Origin: an uncultured virus (IMG/VR IMGVR_UViG_3300009705_003699)
Taxonomy: Duplodnaviria > Heunggongvirae > Uroviricota > Caudoviricetes
DNA: 20,000 nucleotides
IMG/VR virus record: IMGVR_UViG_3300009705_003699
Reading direction: 5' to 3' (one strand)
Of the stretch, positions 1 to 8,857 are shown in pieces. Both the position numbers and the translations under genes were made by a program. The notes under the pieces were generated by a model that did not search any database, was not told the origin of the DNA, and saw only the letters and a list, made by a program, of their open reading frames with translations. Each line of letters opens with the position of its first letter. Position 1 is the first letter of the stretch.

Positions 1-421
1 GGTTATGGTTTTTAATGCTTCGGGGGGCGCCGAGGTTTTTCATGGTAAACATACACATTACGTTCAACATTAATATCACATCGTATTTGGATCCTGTATT
101 TTTATCGAAATCGCCTTGAAATTTTAAAAAATCGCTTCTATGATAATGAAGATTGGGTGCTCCGAACGTTTCATTAATTTTCATTATGGGATCAATTGCT
201 ACTACCTTCGACGCCCGTGTTTTAAAGAAATTACTAAATCGGCCGTTGCCGCAGCCGACATCTAAGACACTATCAGTTGAGTTAAAATATTCCGATAGTC
301 CGTATTTTATCCAATATTCTTTTTCAAAGTCTTTCATATTTGGATAACCAAATATATCAGTATAATTGTCATCATACCACGACCGGCACGATTTATTGCT
401 GTCGTGGTCATATCTGCTCAT
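1..421 (-). CDS. Class I SAM-dependent methyltransferase (3' end runs off the window)
   Basis: Not in the ORF track; translated by hand from ATG at 421-419, which overlaps the upstream TGA: MSRYDHDSNKSCRSWYDDNY...SVLDVGCGNGRFSNFFKTRASKVVAIDP...KYDVILMLNV. Open to the window edge; motif I VLDVGCGNG. Confidence 0.85.
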   Translation of the reverse strand, partial: MSRYDHDSNKSCRSWYDDNYTDIFGYPNMKDFEKEYWIKYGLSEYFNSTDSVLDVGCGNGRFSNFFKTRASKVVAIDPIMKINETFGAPNLHYHRSDFLKFQGDFDKNTGSKYDVILMLNVMCMFTMKNLGAPRSIKNHN

Positions 422-681
422 CAGTCGTCCTTGCCATACATCTTGGTGCTTCCTTGTTTGTATAACTTTTGTAGCTTGCCTGTTTCTGCCATATGATTTA
501 AGGATTCATCAATTTCTTGAATTAGATCATTTCGTTGTGAATTGGCGACGTTTGTAACGCGGCAGGCATCTGCTATCTCTTTGTCAGTACCATTCTTCTT
601 GCGTTTGATATCTTCTGCCATCCATATACGAATATTCGCGATCGTTAATTTGTCTATTAAGTTTCCTATTGTATCAGCCAT
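421..681 (-). CDS. Small alpha-helical DUF4254/DUF6165-like protein
   Basis: TIGNLIDKLTI and NSQRNDLIQEID resemble motifs of DUF4254/DUF6165 proteins found in glycan loci; AAGGAG RBS upstream. Confidence 0.6.
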   Translation of the reverse strand: MADTIGNLIDKLTIANIRIWMAEDIKRKKNGTDKEIADACRVTNVANSQRNDLIQEIDESLNHMAETGKLQKLYKQGSTKMYGKDD

Positions 682-696
682 TAGAATATCTCCTTT

Positions 697-1929
697 TTAT
701 TTTCCTATGATTTCAAACTCAGGGCACGGCACAATAAACTTGCCGCCGGCATTCAAAAAGTCTGATTCTCTCTCGACAAATTCCTTAATAAAATGCCATG
801 GCAAAACCAGCAAATAATCTGGATTGGATGCGCGCATTTCTTTCTCAGAAACAATTGGTATATTGGTTCCAACGACGTACTTACCAAACTTTTGAGGGCT
901 TCGTTCGGCGATGGCCACAATATCGTCTGGCGTTAATCCATAATACTGCAGGAGCGTGTTGCCTTTCGTGGAGGCTCCATATCCATAAACAGTTTTGCCT
1001 TTCGCTACCTCTGCTCTGATAAAATCGACCGTTTGGGTCTTCATTGCTTCTAATTTTCTTTCAAACTCCACCCACATTGCTGGGTCCGAGATATCGGCAT
1101 GTTCATTCTCGTATGCTAAGATTGTTTTAATTCTAAAATCGCAGACATCCCGAAGAGGTTTGGTCGCAAAAGATGTTTCTCTTGCCTCTCCTTTTTGAAT
1201 ATATACTCGGCAACTTCCGCCATTCGTGTCATTCAGCGCACAGTCCACGATCTTCAACCCATGGGCATCCATCAACTTCTTCATGCTATTCAGAGAATGG
1301 TAATATACGTGCTCATGACAAATGTTATCAAATGCCATCTGCTTAACCATAAGGGGTGTATAGGATAACTGAACCACCCAAATACCATCATCATGAAGAA
1401 TTTTCTTTATATCTTCGATAAAGTCTGCTGGATCGTCTAAGTCATAGAACATCGCGATCGTTGTTATGATTTTACACTTCTTATCGCCGTGACCGGTTCG
1501 CTGGTATGCCTCATATGAGAAAAAATCCTGAATGACAACATCTGCCAGTTGTGACGAGAATTCAAGGAAGGAGTCTTCCACCGGATCGATTCCAATCTTT
1601 ACAAATTCCTCGGGAATAAAGTTAAACATGGTGCCATCATTGCACGCAATATCTAGCCAAACATCGCCTTTCTCGTATTTAACTCTGTTAGATGCCTCTT
1701 CTGCGATATTTCTTAATTGATTTGTCATTGATGCGTTGGTTCCGGAACGATACCAATAGGTTCCGTACATCTTGTCGGGATCAACAACCTGAGTTAATCT
1801 TGGTGCACCGATATTCTCATCCATAATCAGGGTCAGAGGAGCTAGCTCCCTATCTGTATACTCTTTTGCTGGATCTGTGAGGAAATCTGATACATATAGT
1901 TTCCCCAAATCTAATAATGTTTCTGACAT
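697..1929 (-). CDS. NDP-hexose C-methyltransferase-like protein (TcaB9-type; Methyltransf_13/14)
   Basis: Motifs YWYRSG, LDIACNDGT, FDNICHEH, GYGASTKGNTLLQY, PDYLLVLPWHF. Confidence 0.85.
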   Translation of the reverse strand: MSETLLDLGKLYVSDFLTDPAKEYTDRELAPLTLIMDENIGAPRLTQVVDPDKMYGTYWYRSGTNASMTNQLRNIAEEASNRVKYEKGDVWLDIACNDGTMFNFIPEEFVKIGIDPVEDSFLEFSSQLADVVIQDFFSYEAYQRTGHGDKKCKIITTIAMFYDLDDPADFIEDIKKILHDDGIWVVQLSYTPLMVKQMAFDNICHEHVYYHSLNSMKKLMDAHGLKIVDCALNDTNGGSCRVYIQKGEARETSFATKPLRDVCDFRIKTILAYENEHADISDPAMWVEFERKLEAMKTQTVDFIRAEVAKGKTVYGYGASTKGNTLLQYYGLTPDDIVAIAERSPQKFGKYVVGTNIPIVSEKEMRASNPDYLLVLPWHFIKEFVERESDFLNAGGKFIVPCPEFEIIGK

Positions 1930-2568
1930 TTACCATCTCCTTTTGCAATAAAAATCATTTATTTTCCATCTTGCATCTTTTTGATAACCAAATTGCTGCA
2001 AATATTCTTCTATCTCTGGATCATTGAAATTGTTTTCTACGACCAAGAGTGATACGTTCCATCGATTTAAATCGAGACCTTTCAAGGCATCCAACTCGGT
2101 GCCTTCCGTATCTATCGATATAAAGTCTATATTAACACCAAAATCGTGCTCTGTCAAGATATTATCTAATGTTCTTACTTCAACATCAATCTGCTTAGTG
2201 TCGTTGATGATATGTTCGTGCTGGTCGACAAGACGCTTATCCGGCTCTAATCCGCTCACAGATGACATTATATTGCGTTCTCCGATGTCAAAGACGGTAA
2301 AGGGTACGCTTGACTCGTTGGAGGAGCCACAGGCGTATTGTGCGGCTTCTTTTCGCACTTCTTTTACAAGTTTAAAATACTCTGGATTTGGTTCGATACA
2401 TAAAGTTCTCCAACCCATTCTTTCAAAATAGAGAGTATTAGATCCTCTGATGCCATTAGCTGCTCCTACTTCGACGCATGAGCCAGCAGTTTTATTCTGA
2501 AAATATAGCTCGATTAACACATCCGTGCTAAATTGACCATAGTATCCTTCTTTTGGTTCGTAACCCAT
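1930..2568 (-). CDS. FkbM family methyltransferase
   Basis: VEVGAANGIRGSNTLYFE, IEPNP, IDFISIDTEGTELDAL. Confidence 0.9.
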   Translation of the reverse strand: MGYEPKEGYYGQFSTDVLIELYFQNKTAGSCVEVGAANGIRGSNTLYFERMGWRTLCIEPNPEYFKLVKEVRKEAAQYACGSSNESSVPFTVFDIGERNIMSSVSGLEPDKRLVDQHEHIINDTKQIDVEVRTLDNILTEHDFGVNIDFISIDTEGTELDALKGLDLNRWNVSLLVVENNFNDPEIEEYLQQFGYQKDARWKINDFYCKRRW

Positions 2569-3281
2569 CAGTATTTATCCTTATTGTCTTCTAATACCTG
2601 CAGCAGATATTCTATGTCTTCCATGTTGGGTACTATTTTGGTGCTTGTTCCGTACAGACTACCACATTCAGGTCTGGGAAAAGGCTTGCCTTTAAGGAAT
2701 ACGTTGCAATTGTAATATAAATCTTTTTCATCATCAAGAGATACAATTAAATTTCCATCATTTTTTGCTTTTTCCATATTGTCTTCCTCAAAGTCCCACG
2801 GTGTCATCTCTGGTTTTAGGTATTTCATAAAATATCTCTTGGTCCAGATTGAGGGCGCAAGTGACGTCCGATATGTGGCATTGGGGTTTATTGCCAAAAT
2901 ACCCTCTTTCAGTGGACTAGCACGATTATTTAAAGTCCGGTCTAGGTGTGCTTTTGATGCTCCGTTTTCAATCTCATTTGCCAAGAGAGCAACCTTGTCT
3001 GTATCTATTTTGTCAATCAGCATTATATCCTCCACCGTGAAAACGAAATATTTGTCTTCCACTTCTTTCATGTAGGGAATCAGCGGTGTGCTCCAGATTC
3101 TGCCGTATTTCGCTTGCTCACCAAGGGACACAAAGCTGCAATTATCTGGCAGTGTTGGAACATCGCATTCATCAAAGCCTAAAAACACAATCTCTTGTCC
3201 CGGCCAATATTTATTAAAAAGAACAGAGTATGGCTCCAGTAAGAAAGAGTATTTTTTAGATGTCGATACAAAAACTTTCAC
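2568..3281 (-). CDS. Hypothetical protein, probable GT-A-like glycosyltransferase
   Basis: 237-aa ORF coupled to both neighbours; beta-strand followed by an acidic motif (FVFTVEDIML), SLAPSIW and PWDFE motifs; glycan-operon context. Function is inferred. Confidence 0.5.
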   Translation of the reverse strand: MKVFVSTSKKYSFLLEPYSVLFNKYWPGQEIVFLGFDECDVPTLPDNCSFVSLGEQAKYGRIWSTPLIPYMKEVEDKYFVFTVEDIMLIDKIDTDKVALLANEIENGASKAHLDRTLNNRASPLKEGILAINPNATYRTSLAPSIWTKRYFMKYLKPEMTPWDFEEDNMEKAKNDGNLIVSLDDEKDLYYNCNVFLKGKPFPRPECGSLYGTSTKIVPNMEDIEYLLQVLEDNKDKY

Positions 3282-4246
3282 TTCTCACCGCTGAGTAACT
3301 TAATATCGCTAGCCACCATTCTGGAAACCATCTCATCAAAAGAAACTCTCGGCTTCCATCCCAACATACGGGTGGCTTTTGAACAATCTCCGATTAGGAC
3401 ATCTACTTCTGCTGGTCTTAAGAATCTTGGATCTTGTACGACGTATCTTTCCCAGTCTGGAATCCCAACACAACTAAAAGCCTTTGTTAAAAATCTTTTG
3501 ATTGAATAACTTTTGCCGGTAGCAATAATATAATCATCTGGAGTATCATGCTGCAACATCAGCCACATAGCTTCTACGTAGTCTGGGGCATACCCCCAAT
3601 CTCTTTTGGCGTCTAGATTACCCAAAGCAATATGATCCGCCAATCCTAAATGGATCTTAGCTACGCCATCGGTAATCTTTCGTGTAACAAACTCTTTGCC
3701 GCGGCGTTCTGATTCATGATTGAACAAGATTCCACTGCATGCATATATATCATATGATTCACGGTAATTCTTTGTAATCCAGTGCCCATATAGCTTGGAT
3801 ACGCCATATGGACTTCTGGGGTAAAAGCGAGTTGTTTCAATCTGAGGCGTCTCGGTCACTCTCCCGAACATTTCGGAGGTTGAAGCCTGATAGAATTTAA
3901 TGGGCTTTCCGTACTCTCTAATAGCCTCAAGCATTCTTAAAACTCCGAGACCGTCAATGTTTCCCGTGGTCTCTGGAGTATTCCAGCTTTCACCCACAAA
4001 GGACATTGCCCCAAGATTATAAATCTCATCGGGATCTGATTCCTTGATGGTCCGAAGAAGAGAGTTTTGATCCGCCAGATCTCCGTTTATGAAAGTTATC
4101 TTATCTTCTAAATGACCTGTGTTTACTCGGTTTTTGCGGGACGTCCGGCGCTCCATTCCATATATCTTATAATCTTTGGTCAATAAAAAGTCAGCTAAGT
4201 AGCTGCCGTCTTGTCCGTTGATTCCTGTTATCAGTGCTGTTTTCAT
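3278..4246 (-). CDS. gmd: GDP-mannose 4,6-dehydratase
   Basis: ALITGINGQDGSYLA, FYQASTSEMFG, PRSPYGVSK (YxxxK), GILFNHES, FVTRKI, LGNLDAKRDWG, RPAEVD. Confidence 0.97.
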   Translation of the reverse strand: MKTALITGINGQDGSYLADFLLTKDYKIYGMERRTSRKNRVNTGHLEDKITFINGDLADQNSLLRTIKESDPDEIYNLGAMSFVGESWNTPETTGNIDGLGVLRMLEAIREYGKPIKFYQASTSEMFGRVTETPQIETTRFYPRSPYGVSKLYGHWITKNYRESYDIYACSGILFNHESERRGKEFVTRKITDGVAKIHLGLADHIALGNLDAKRDWGYAPDYVEAMWLMLQHDTPDDYIIATGKSYSIKRFLTKAFSCVGIPDWERYVVQDPRFLRPAEVDVLIGDCSKATRMLGWKPRVSFDEMVSRMVASDIKLLSGEK

Positions 4247-4253
4247 TTGTTTC

Positions 4254-5018
4254 TCACTTTAATTTTAACGATAGTAGACCATCGATACCCACCATTGGCC
4301 GATAAAACTCATTCAAGCTATCGCCAAATTCAATAAAGCCGCGGGTCGTGGGGATCTTATTATCACTGTCATCAACCCTCGTGTATTTAGGATGTTCGCG
4401 AAGTATGTCATCAATAAGCAGAATGGAATCTTCATGCATAAAGTGGCGCGCGAGATAAGAACAGAATGTGCGCGATCTTCCATCCACAATGATCTTATCA
4501 AATTTCTTTACTCCAAGATCATATATCTTATCAACATAATCTCTATATTGCCAATAGCGCGCTATAGAGGAATAATAAGAGCCCTCGTGGGCGTATGGAT
4601 GCTTAGATAAAAGTTCATCGTATTCTTGAGAACTAATAACGGCGGAGCCATGAGTCGCCTTCGAAAATCTTTTATCATAAGCGGCGCCGGGATCTTTCAT
4701 ATCTGGTTCTGCTTTTTTATAATTGGGCTCCACGTAGTGCATCTCAAGTGCTTCAATTGGCGCCATGTGGGCTCTAATATCTTCGAGCCATGACCGGTCG
4801 TGCTCGATTGAGATATATTTCTTAACCATTTGGGAGAATACAGTAGTGCTTCCTCCGGCGCCATATTCGAGCACCGTGTCGGAGGGCTCCAAAAGACCAA
4901 CAATATATTTAATAGCCCGATTGGTCATCATGGGCTTTTTCGATAGCCCTAGATCAATTTTTGAAAGCTTTCGGTCAGCATCATAGGTAATAATATCTAG
5001 GTCGGCTTGATGCTTCAT
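4254..5018 (-). CDS. Class I SAM-dependent methyltransferase-like protein (glycan O-methyltransferase type)
   Basis: VLEYGAGGST, SIEHD, FDKIIVDGRSR, LIDD motifs. Confidence 0.75.
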   Translation of the reverse strand: MKHQADLDIITYDADRKLSKIDLGLSKKPMMTNRAIKYIVGLLEPSDTVLEYGAGGSTTVFSQMVKKYISIEHDRSWLEDIRAHMAPIEALEMHYVEPNYKKAEPDMKDPGAAYDKRFSKATHGSAVISSQEYDELLSKHPYAHEGSYYSSIARYWQYRDYVDKIYDLGVKKFDKIIVDGRSRTFCSYLARHFMHEDSILLIDDILREHPKYTRVDDSDNKIPTTRGFIEFGDSLNEFYRPMVGIDGLLSLKLK

Positions 5019-5626
5019 TTTATCTCCAAATTGACAAACAGTGGGAACTCTCGGAGATCTCGATATTGCGGAAATTCTGGTAAATCTTCATTATGCTCGG
5101 GATAGTTTTGCATCAGCATTAGACCGCGCGCTGCTTGTTCAGGACACATATAGGCATTCCATCCATTTATTTCAATGTTGTCTTCATGATACATTACTTC
5201 TCCGCGTCCTTCGTAGCGGGCTTTTCTAAACCAATTGGCTGCTTCTTCGCTATCGGTCAAGATCATGCCGCCTTTCCCTATCTTCAGGTGCTTTTTGATA
5301 TGAAATGAGAGGCACATAAAGGAATCAGGGATATACATCCCACTGGTTAACCGCTTGGCGGCATCATATATTGGATAAGGCTCCAGTTGATATACTCCTT
5401 TCCAATTATAGTCACGGAACTTGACAGTTCCGCCGGCATGCATAATTGATTGAGGTACCGATAGATAGGTCCGACACGGAATTGTCACTTCTTCGACGTT
5501 TAAATATTCACAACATAGTAACAATGCATCCGTACAGTTATCTGTGGACACTGCATACTTGGAGCCGCAATAATCGGCGACAGTTTCTTCAAACATTTTT
5601 ACAATTTTATATGGGTTATGTCTCAT
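5015..5626 (-). CDS. DegT/DnrJ/EryC1/StrS family PLP-dependent protein, short form (203 aa)
   Basis: FEETVADYCGSKYAV, CTDALLL, YDAA, SFHIKKHL (Schiff-base Lys), GKGGMILT. Confidence 0.85.
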   Translation of the reverse strand: MRHNPYKIVKMFEETVADYCGSKYAVSTDNCTDALLLCCEYLNVEEVTIPCRTYLSVPQSIMHAGGTVKFRDYNWKGVYQLEPYPIYDAAKRLTSGMYIPDSFMCLSFHIKKHLKIGKGGMILTDSEEAANWFRKARYEGRGEVMYHEDNIEINGWNAYMCPEQAARGLMLMQNYPEHNEDLPEFPQYRDLREFPLFVNLEIK

Positions 5627-5641
5627 CTTGCCTCTATTATA

Positions 5642-6523
5642 TCACATCACGGTCGAAATTATACTTTGTGCCCAGTTTTTAGGCATGAATTTTTGCACAG
5701 TTTTGTGCCCATTGAGTCTAATTTCGTCTCTTTTTTGTTCGTTATTGAGATAGAGGTCGATTTTTTCACGCAACTCTTCTGGAGATGAAAATGTATCTAA
5801 ATCTTTTCCTACTTCGAATAAATCTTCCATGCCTTTCCACGGAGTTGTAAGCAAGAAACCTCCGGAGGCCATAATTTTAAACACTCGTACGGAGGCTCCT
5901 GCTGTCGATGTGTGTGCAAAGTTCAAGTTTATTCTGCTTTGATTCACAGCATCGTTGTGTTTCAGCCCGTATACTCCATCTAAATGGGTAAATCCTACCT
6001 CGTTTTTGTATTTAAGGCGGTCAGCGTGTGTTCCCGTGTGGGGCGAAATGTTGCCTATAAAAGTTGTATCATATTTATACTCTATATTCTCGTGCATGAA
6101 GTTCATCTCTTCGTCAGGGCACTGAGGCAGAAAGATAGTGTCAGAGTTGTGGAGTTTCCCGTGATCTATCACACCATCGATTCCACAAATAAAATAATTG
6201 ACTCTTTTAACCTTTTCGATGAGTTCCGAATCAAAGTTATTTAAAGCATCCATATACCACAGGGCGGTCTTTGACATCTTATTACATTCGTCTACTACTC
6301 TATAGTGCATATTGTTACACTTACTAAAGATGACCAGATCTGGGCTATATTCTTCACACAATCTAATCAGTTCATTATCTCTCATTTTTACTATACCTAC
6401 TTGACCTAGACGCTCTCGATAATCGTATATCTTAACGTTCCAGCCGAGTGTCTTGAAAGCTCTTGCTTGTGACACATTTGTAGAGTTGGGAGAAAATACC
6501 CCAACATATAAAACTTTACTCAT
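5642..6523 (-). CDS. Glycosyltransferase, CgeB / Glyco_trans_1_2-like (GT-B)
   Basis: WYMD, YDTTFIG, SRINLN, SVRVFKIMASGGFLLT, LFEVGKDL, EELREKIDLYL, typical of the CgeB-like C-terminal domain. Confidence 0.85.
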   Translation of the reverse strand: MSKVLYVGVFSPNSTNVSQARAFKTLGWNVKIYDYRERLGQVGIVKMRDNELIRLCEEYSPDLVIFSKCNNMHYRVVDECNKMSKTALWYMDALNNFDSELIEKVKRVNYFICGIDGVIDHGKLHNSDTIFLPQCPDEEMNFMHENIEYKYDTTFIGNISPHTGTHADRLKYKNEVGFTHLDGVYGLKHNDAVNQSRINLNFAHTSTAGASVRVFKIMASGGFLLTTPWKGMEDLFEVGKDLDTFSSPEELREKIDLYLNNEQKRDEIRLNGHKTVQKFMPKNWAQSIISTVM

Positions 6524-6525
6524 AG

Positions 6526-7425
6526 TTAAAACTTATATCCGAAAAATTCTATTTCTTTTTGAAACATTTCCGTAACCTTATCCACACTTTCATTATCATA
6601 GTATTCTTGATACGAAAGACGATCGATCGTCTTGTTCTTGTGAGGTAATTTTTCTGTGGGTGTTGTTCCTATCAGGGTTGAGGATCTTCTTGCGTCTTCT
6701 GCAAAGTTTTCAAATCTCCCTACAAAGTCTGGCTTTGCGTTTCCCACCGTATCGTGCGCCCACGCCAACTGATCAAAGATGTTATGTGGCAAGTTGTTAA
6801 TTTCTTTTAGCGTATGTACATTTGGACTATCAGCTATGTCGGCGCCAGGGTGCGAACTGTAATGAGGTAGAGCTGGGGCGCCATCTTTTATCCATTCTCT
6901 AAATCCTTCTTTTAGGAAACTTCTTTCCATAGTCGGCGACTGAGATGCGCTGTATCGGACTCCGTAATTTTCATAAAATTGCTGTGCTTTTTCACCATAA
7001 TCGGACCACGACCTAGATGTGCATAAGAACCACGAAACCAATCTATCAAACGTATTTCGAACAAAACATATCTTAGTTGCCTGATGCCATTCTTCTTCTG
7101 TGATTAACCTTCTTATAATTGCCGGCGCTAAATGCGGGAAGCGAGTCCCAAAGAGGCTATTGAGAGTGGCGCTGCCAGTCTTTGGCGATCTGATTAGTAT
7201 TACCTTCTTATCGAGACGCTCAAATTCAAATAAAAATCGAACTGCGGTTGGAAATACAAATCCCACCCCGGGCGGTCCATCTTTATGCCACATAACACCG
7301 GATTCCGAATACCATGCGACCAAATCTTGTACTTTTTTTGGCGCGTGGGGATCAACGGCTGTGAGCTTTATAAGTTTGCGCAAGTTCGGAAGAATACTTA
7401 AAAACTCATTAAAATCTGAATTCAC
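6526..7425 (-). CDS. Sulfotransferase family 2 (carbohydrate sulfotransferase-like)
   Basis: 5'-PSB-like IRSPKTGSAT, 3'-PB-like FVRNTFDRLVSW, DFVGRFE, PHKNKT, C-terminal EIEFFGYKF; GTG start. Confidence 0.85.
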   Translation of the reverse strand: MNSDFNEFLSILPNLRKLIKLTAVDPHAPKKVQDLVAWYSESGVMWHKDGPPGVGFVFPTAVRFLFEFERLDKKVILIRSPKTGSATLNSLFGTRFPHLAPAIIRRLITEEEWHQATKICFVRNTFDRLVSWFLCTSRSWSDYGEKAQQFYENYGVRYSASQSPTMERSFLKEGFREWIKDGAPALPHYSSHPGADIADSPNVHTLKEINNLPHNIFDQLAWAHDTVGNAKPDFVGRFENFAEDARRSSTLIGTTPTEKLPHKNKTIDRLSYQEYYDNESVDKVTEMFQKEIEFFGYKF

Positions 7426-7426
7426 T

Positions 7427-7786
7427 TTAGTCTCCCTTCAGGATGCGATAGCTGTCACTATCAAAATGCTGCGTGGAGAACTCAAACAACTCTGAATCCT
7501 CTAAAGCCACCATCTGGTGTCGTAGACCGCGGTAGACATGAAAGTTTTCTCCCGCCTTTAACAAAAGTTGTTTTGCGTTTGTTAAATCATCTTCTTCGGA
7601 ATAATAAATCATCATCTTTCCGGACTGTAAATAAAAGACCTCATCTTTGAGCTTGTGATAGTGCCAGGAGCAGCGTTTTCCTCTCTCAAAGAATAATAGC
7701 TTTCCACAATATTCTTCGCAGTTTACAACCCATCGTTCCCAGCCCCAGCCTTTATCGACGTGGTGCATCGGTAAAGAAGTCTTCAT
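7427..7786 (-). CDS. Cupin-fold sugar isomerase-like protein
   Basis: Cupin motif 1 G-x5-HxH-x4-E-x6-G (GKRCSWHYHKLKDEVFYLQSG) and motif 2 His (GLRH). Start placed at the ATG at 7786, after AAGGGG. Confidence 0.8.
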   Translation of the reverse strand: MKTSLPMHHVDKGWGWERWVVNCEEYCGKLLFFERGKRCSWHYHKLKDEVFYLQSGKMMIYYSEEDDLTNAKQLLLKAGENFHVYRGLRHQMVALEDSELFEFSTQHFDSDSYRILKGD

Positions 7787-8084
7787 CTTTAATCCCCTTA
7801 TCATCTATATAAACGTCACCTGCAGGCTTTCCCATAATCAGTTGATTATATCGAACGCCCCAATCTTTCAATTGTCGTTCTGTTAAAGAAAAGAATTCAT
7901 TGTATGCAAAATGCAGATTATTCCCACTTCGGCCCATCCCGCGGGCCGTAAAAAGTATAACTGTATTGCCGGCATCATATAACTCATTTACTTTATTGAT
8001 TCTCTCCACGAACGGAACAGCACTTTCATACTCGCCTTGTGTATTAGTACATATGGTGCCATCGATGTCAAATACATATTTCAT
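7752..8084 (-). CDS. Small capless HAD-superfamily phosphatase (EcbF/BcbF-like)
   Basis: FDIDGT (DxDGT), FTARG, GKP, YIDDK. Confidence 0.85.
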   Translation of the reverse strand: MKYVFDIDGTICTNTQGEYESAVPFVERINKVNELYDAGNTVILFTARGMGRSGNNLHFAYNEFFSLTERQLKDWGVRYNQLIMGKPAGDVYIDDKGIKDEDFFTDAPRR

Positions 8085-8857
8085 AGTATATTTTGTATAT
8101 CTTCTTTTGTTAATACATAAGTTCCCATCTTGGAAACGGATAAACTAGCGCACTTGTTAGCTATTTCGATAGCGCTCTCCAGTGAACCTAACGTGAGGTA
8201 TCCATAAACTAGAGAAGATAAGAACACATCGCCGGCACCTACCACATCAAATACTTCGGTTTTCTTAGTTTCATACACCTTATTATTGTAAAGAGCACCA
8301 CTTTCTCCGAGAGTTACAACAAACTCACAATCCGGCGGCATTCTTTTGATATTTGAAAACTCCTTTTCATTTATCTTAATAACACACCGGGAAAGCATTG
8401 TCAAGTCTTCTTTTTTTGTATCTACAAATACCGGAGTATCTTTATACTTTTCGCATATCTCAATTAGGGTGCTCGTTCTTAAGAAGCCCTTGTTATAATC
8501 ACTAATTACGACCGCATCTACTTTTTTAACATTGTCGATAGTATTCAAATTGAATTCCGTCAATAAGGTATCTTCACCTTCGTCAAATCTAATTAGGTGC
8601 TGGTTGTATCGACTGTCTACAAGTCGGTGCTTTCGAATCTTTTCTTTGTTATGATAGTGTATAACTTTAATTCCAAGGCTCTGTAGGTTATTCCTAACGT
8701 TTGACGACATCCCATCTTTGATTACTGTTTCTAGCTTCTTTAAAATTGGCACAGGTGCTTCTGGGCTGATTCTTTCGCATATCCCATAGTGATATACATC
8801 TTCGCAGTGGTCACCCAGCAGTAGAACTTTCAATGATTTTTGTGGTTGAGTATCCAT
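8081..8857 (-). CDS. hldA: PfkB-family kinase, HldE/RfaE kinase-domain-like (heptose 7-phosphate kinase)
   Basis: LLGD..D, RISPEAPVP, ISDYNKG, KINEKE, VTLG..GA, DVVGAGDVF. Start placed at the ATG at 8857, after GAGG. Confidence 0.85.
   Translation of the reverse strand: MDTQPQKSLKVLLLGDHCEDVYHYGICERISPEAPVPILKKLETVIKDGMSSNVRNNLQSLGIKVIHYHNKEKIRKHRLVDSRYNQHLIRFDEGEDTLLTEFNLNTIDNVKKVDAVVISDYNKGFLRTSTLIEICEKYKDTPVFVDTKKEDLTMLSRCVIKINEKEFSNIKRMPPDCEFVVTLGESGALYNNKVYETKKTEVFDVVGAGDVFLSSLVYGYLTLGSLESAIEIANKCASLSVSKMGTYVLTKEDIQNIL

Noticed and set aside
5015..5626. DegT gene as a frameshifted pseudogene
   Set aside because: No missing C-terminal domain is evident downstream, where the next gene starts by ATGA overlap, and the catalytic motifs are intact.
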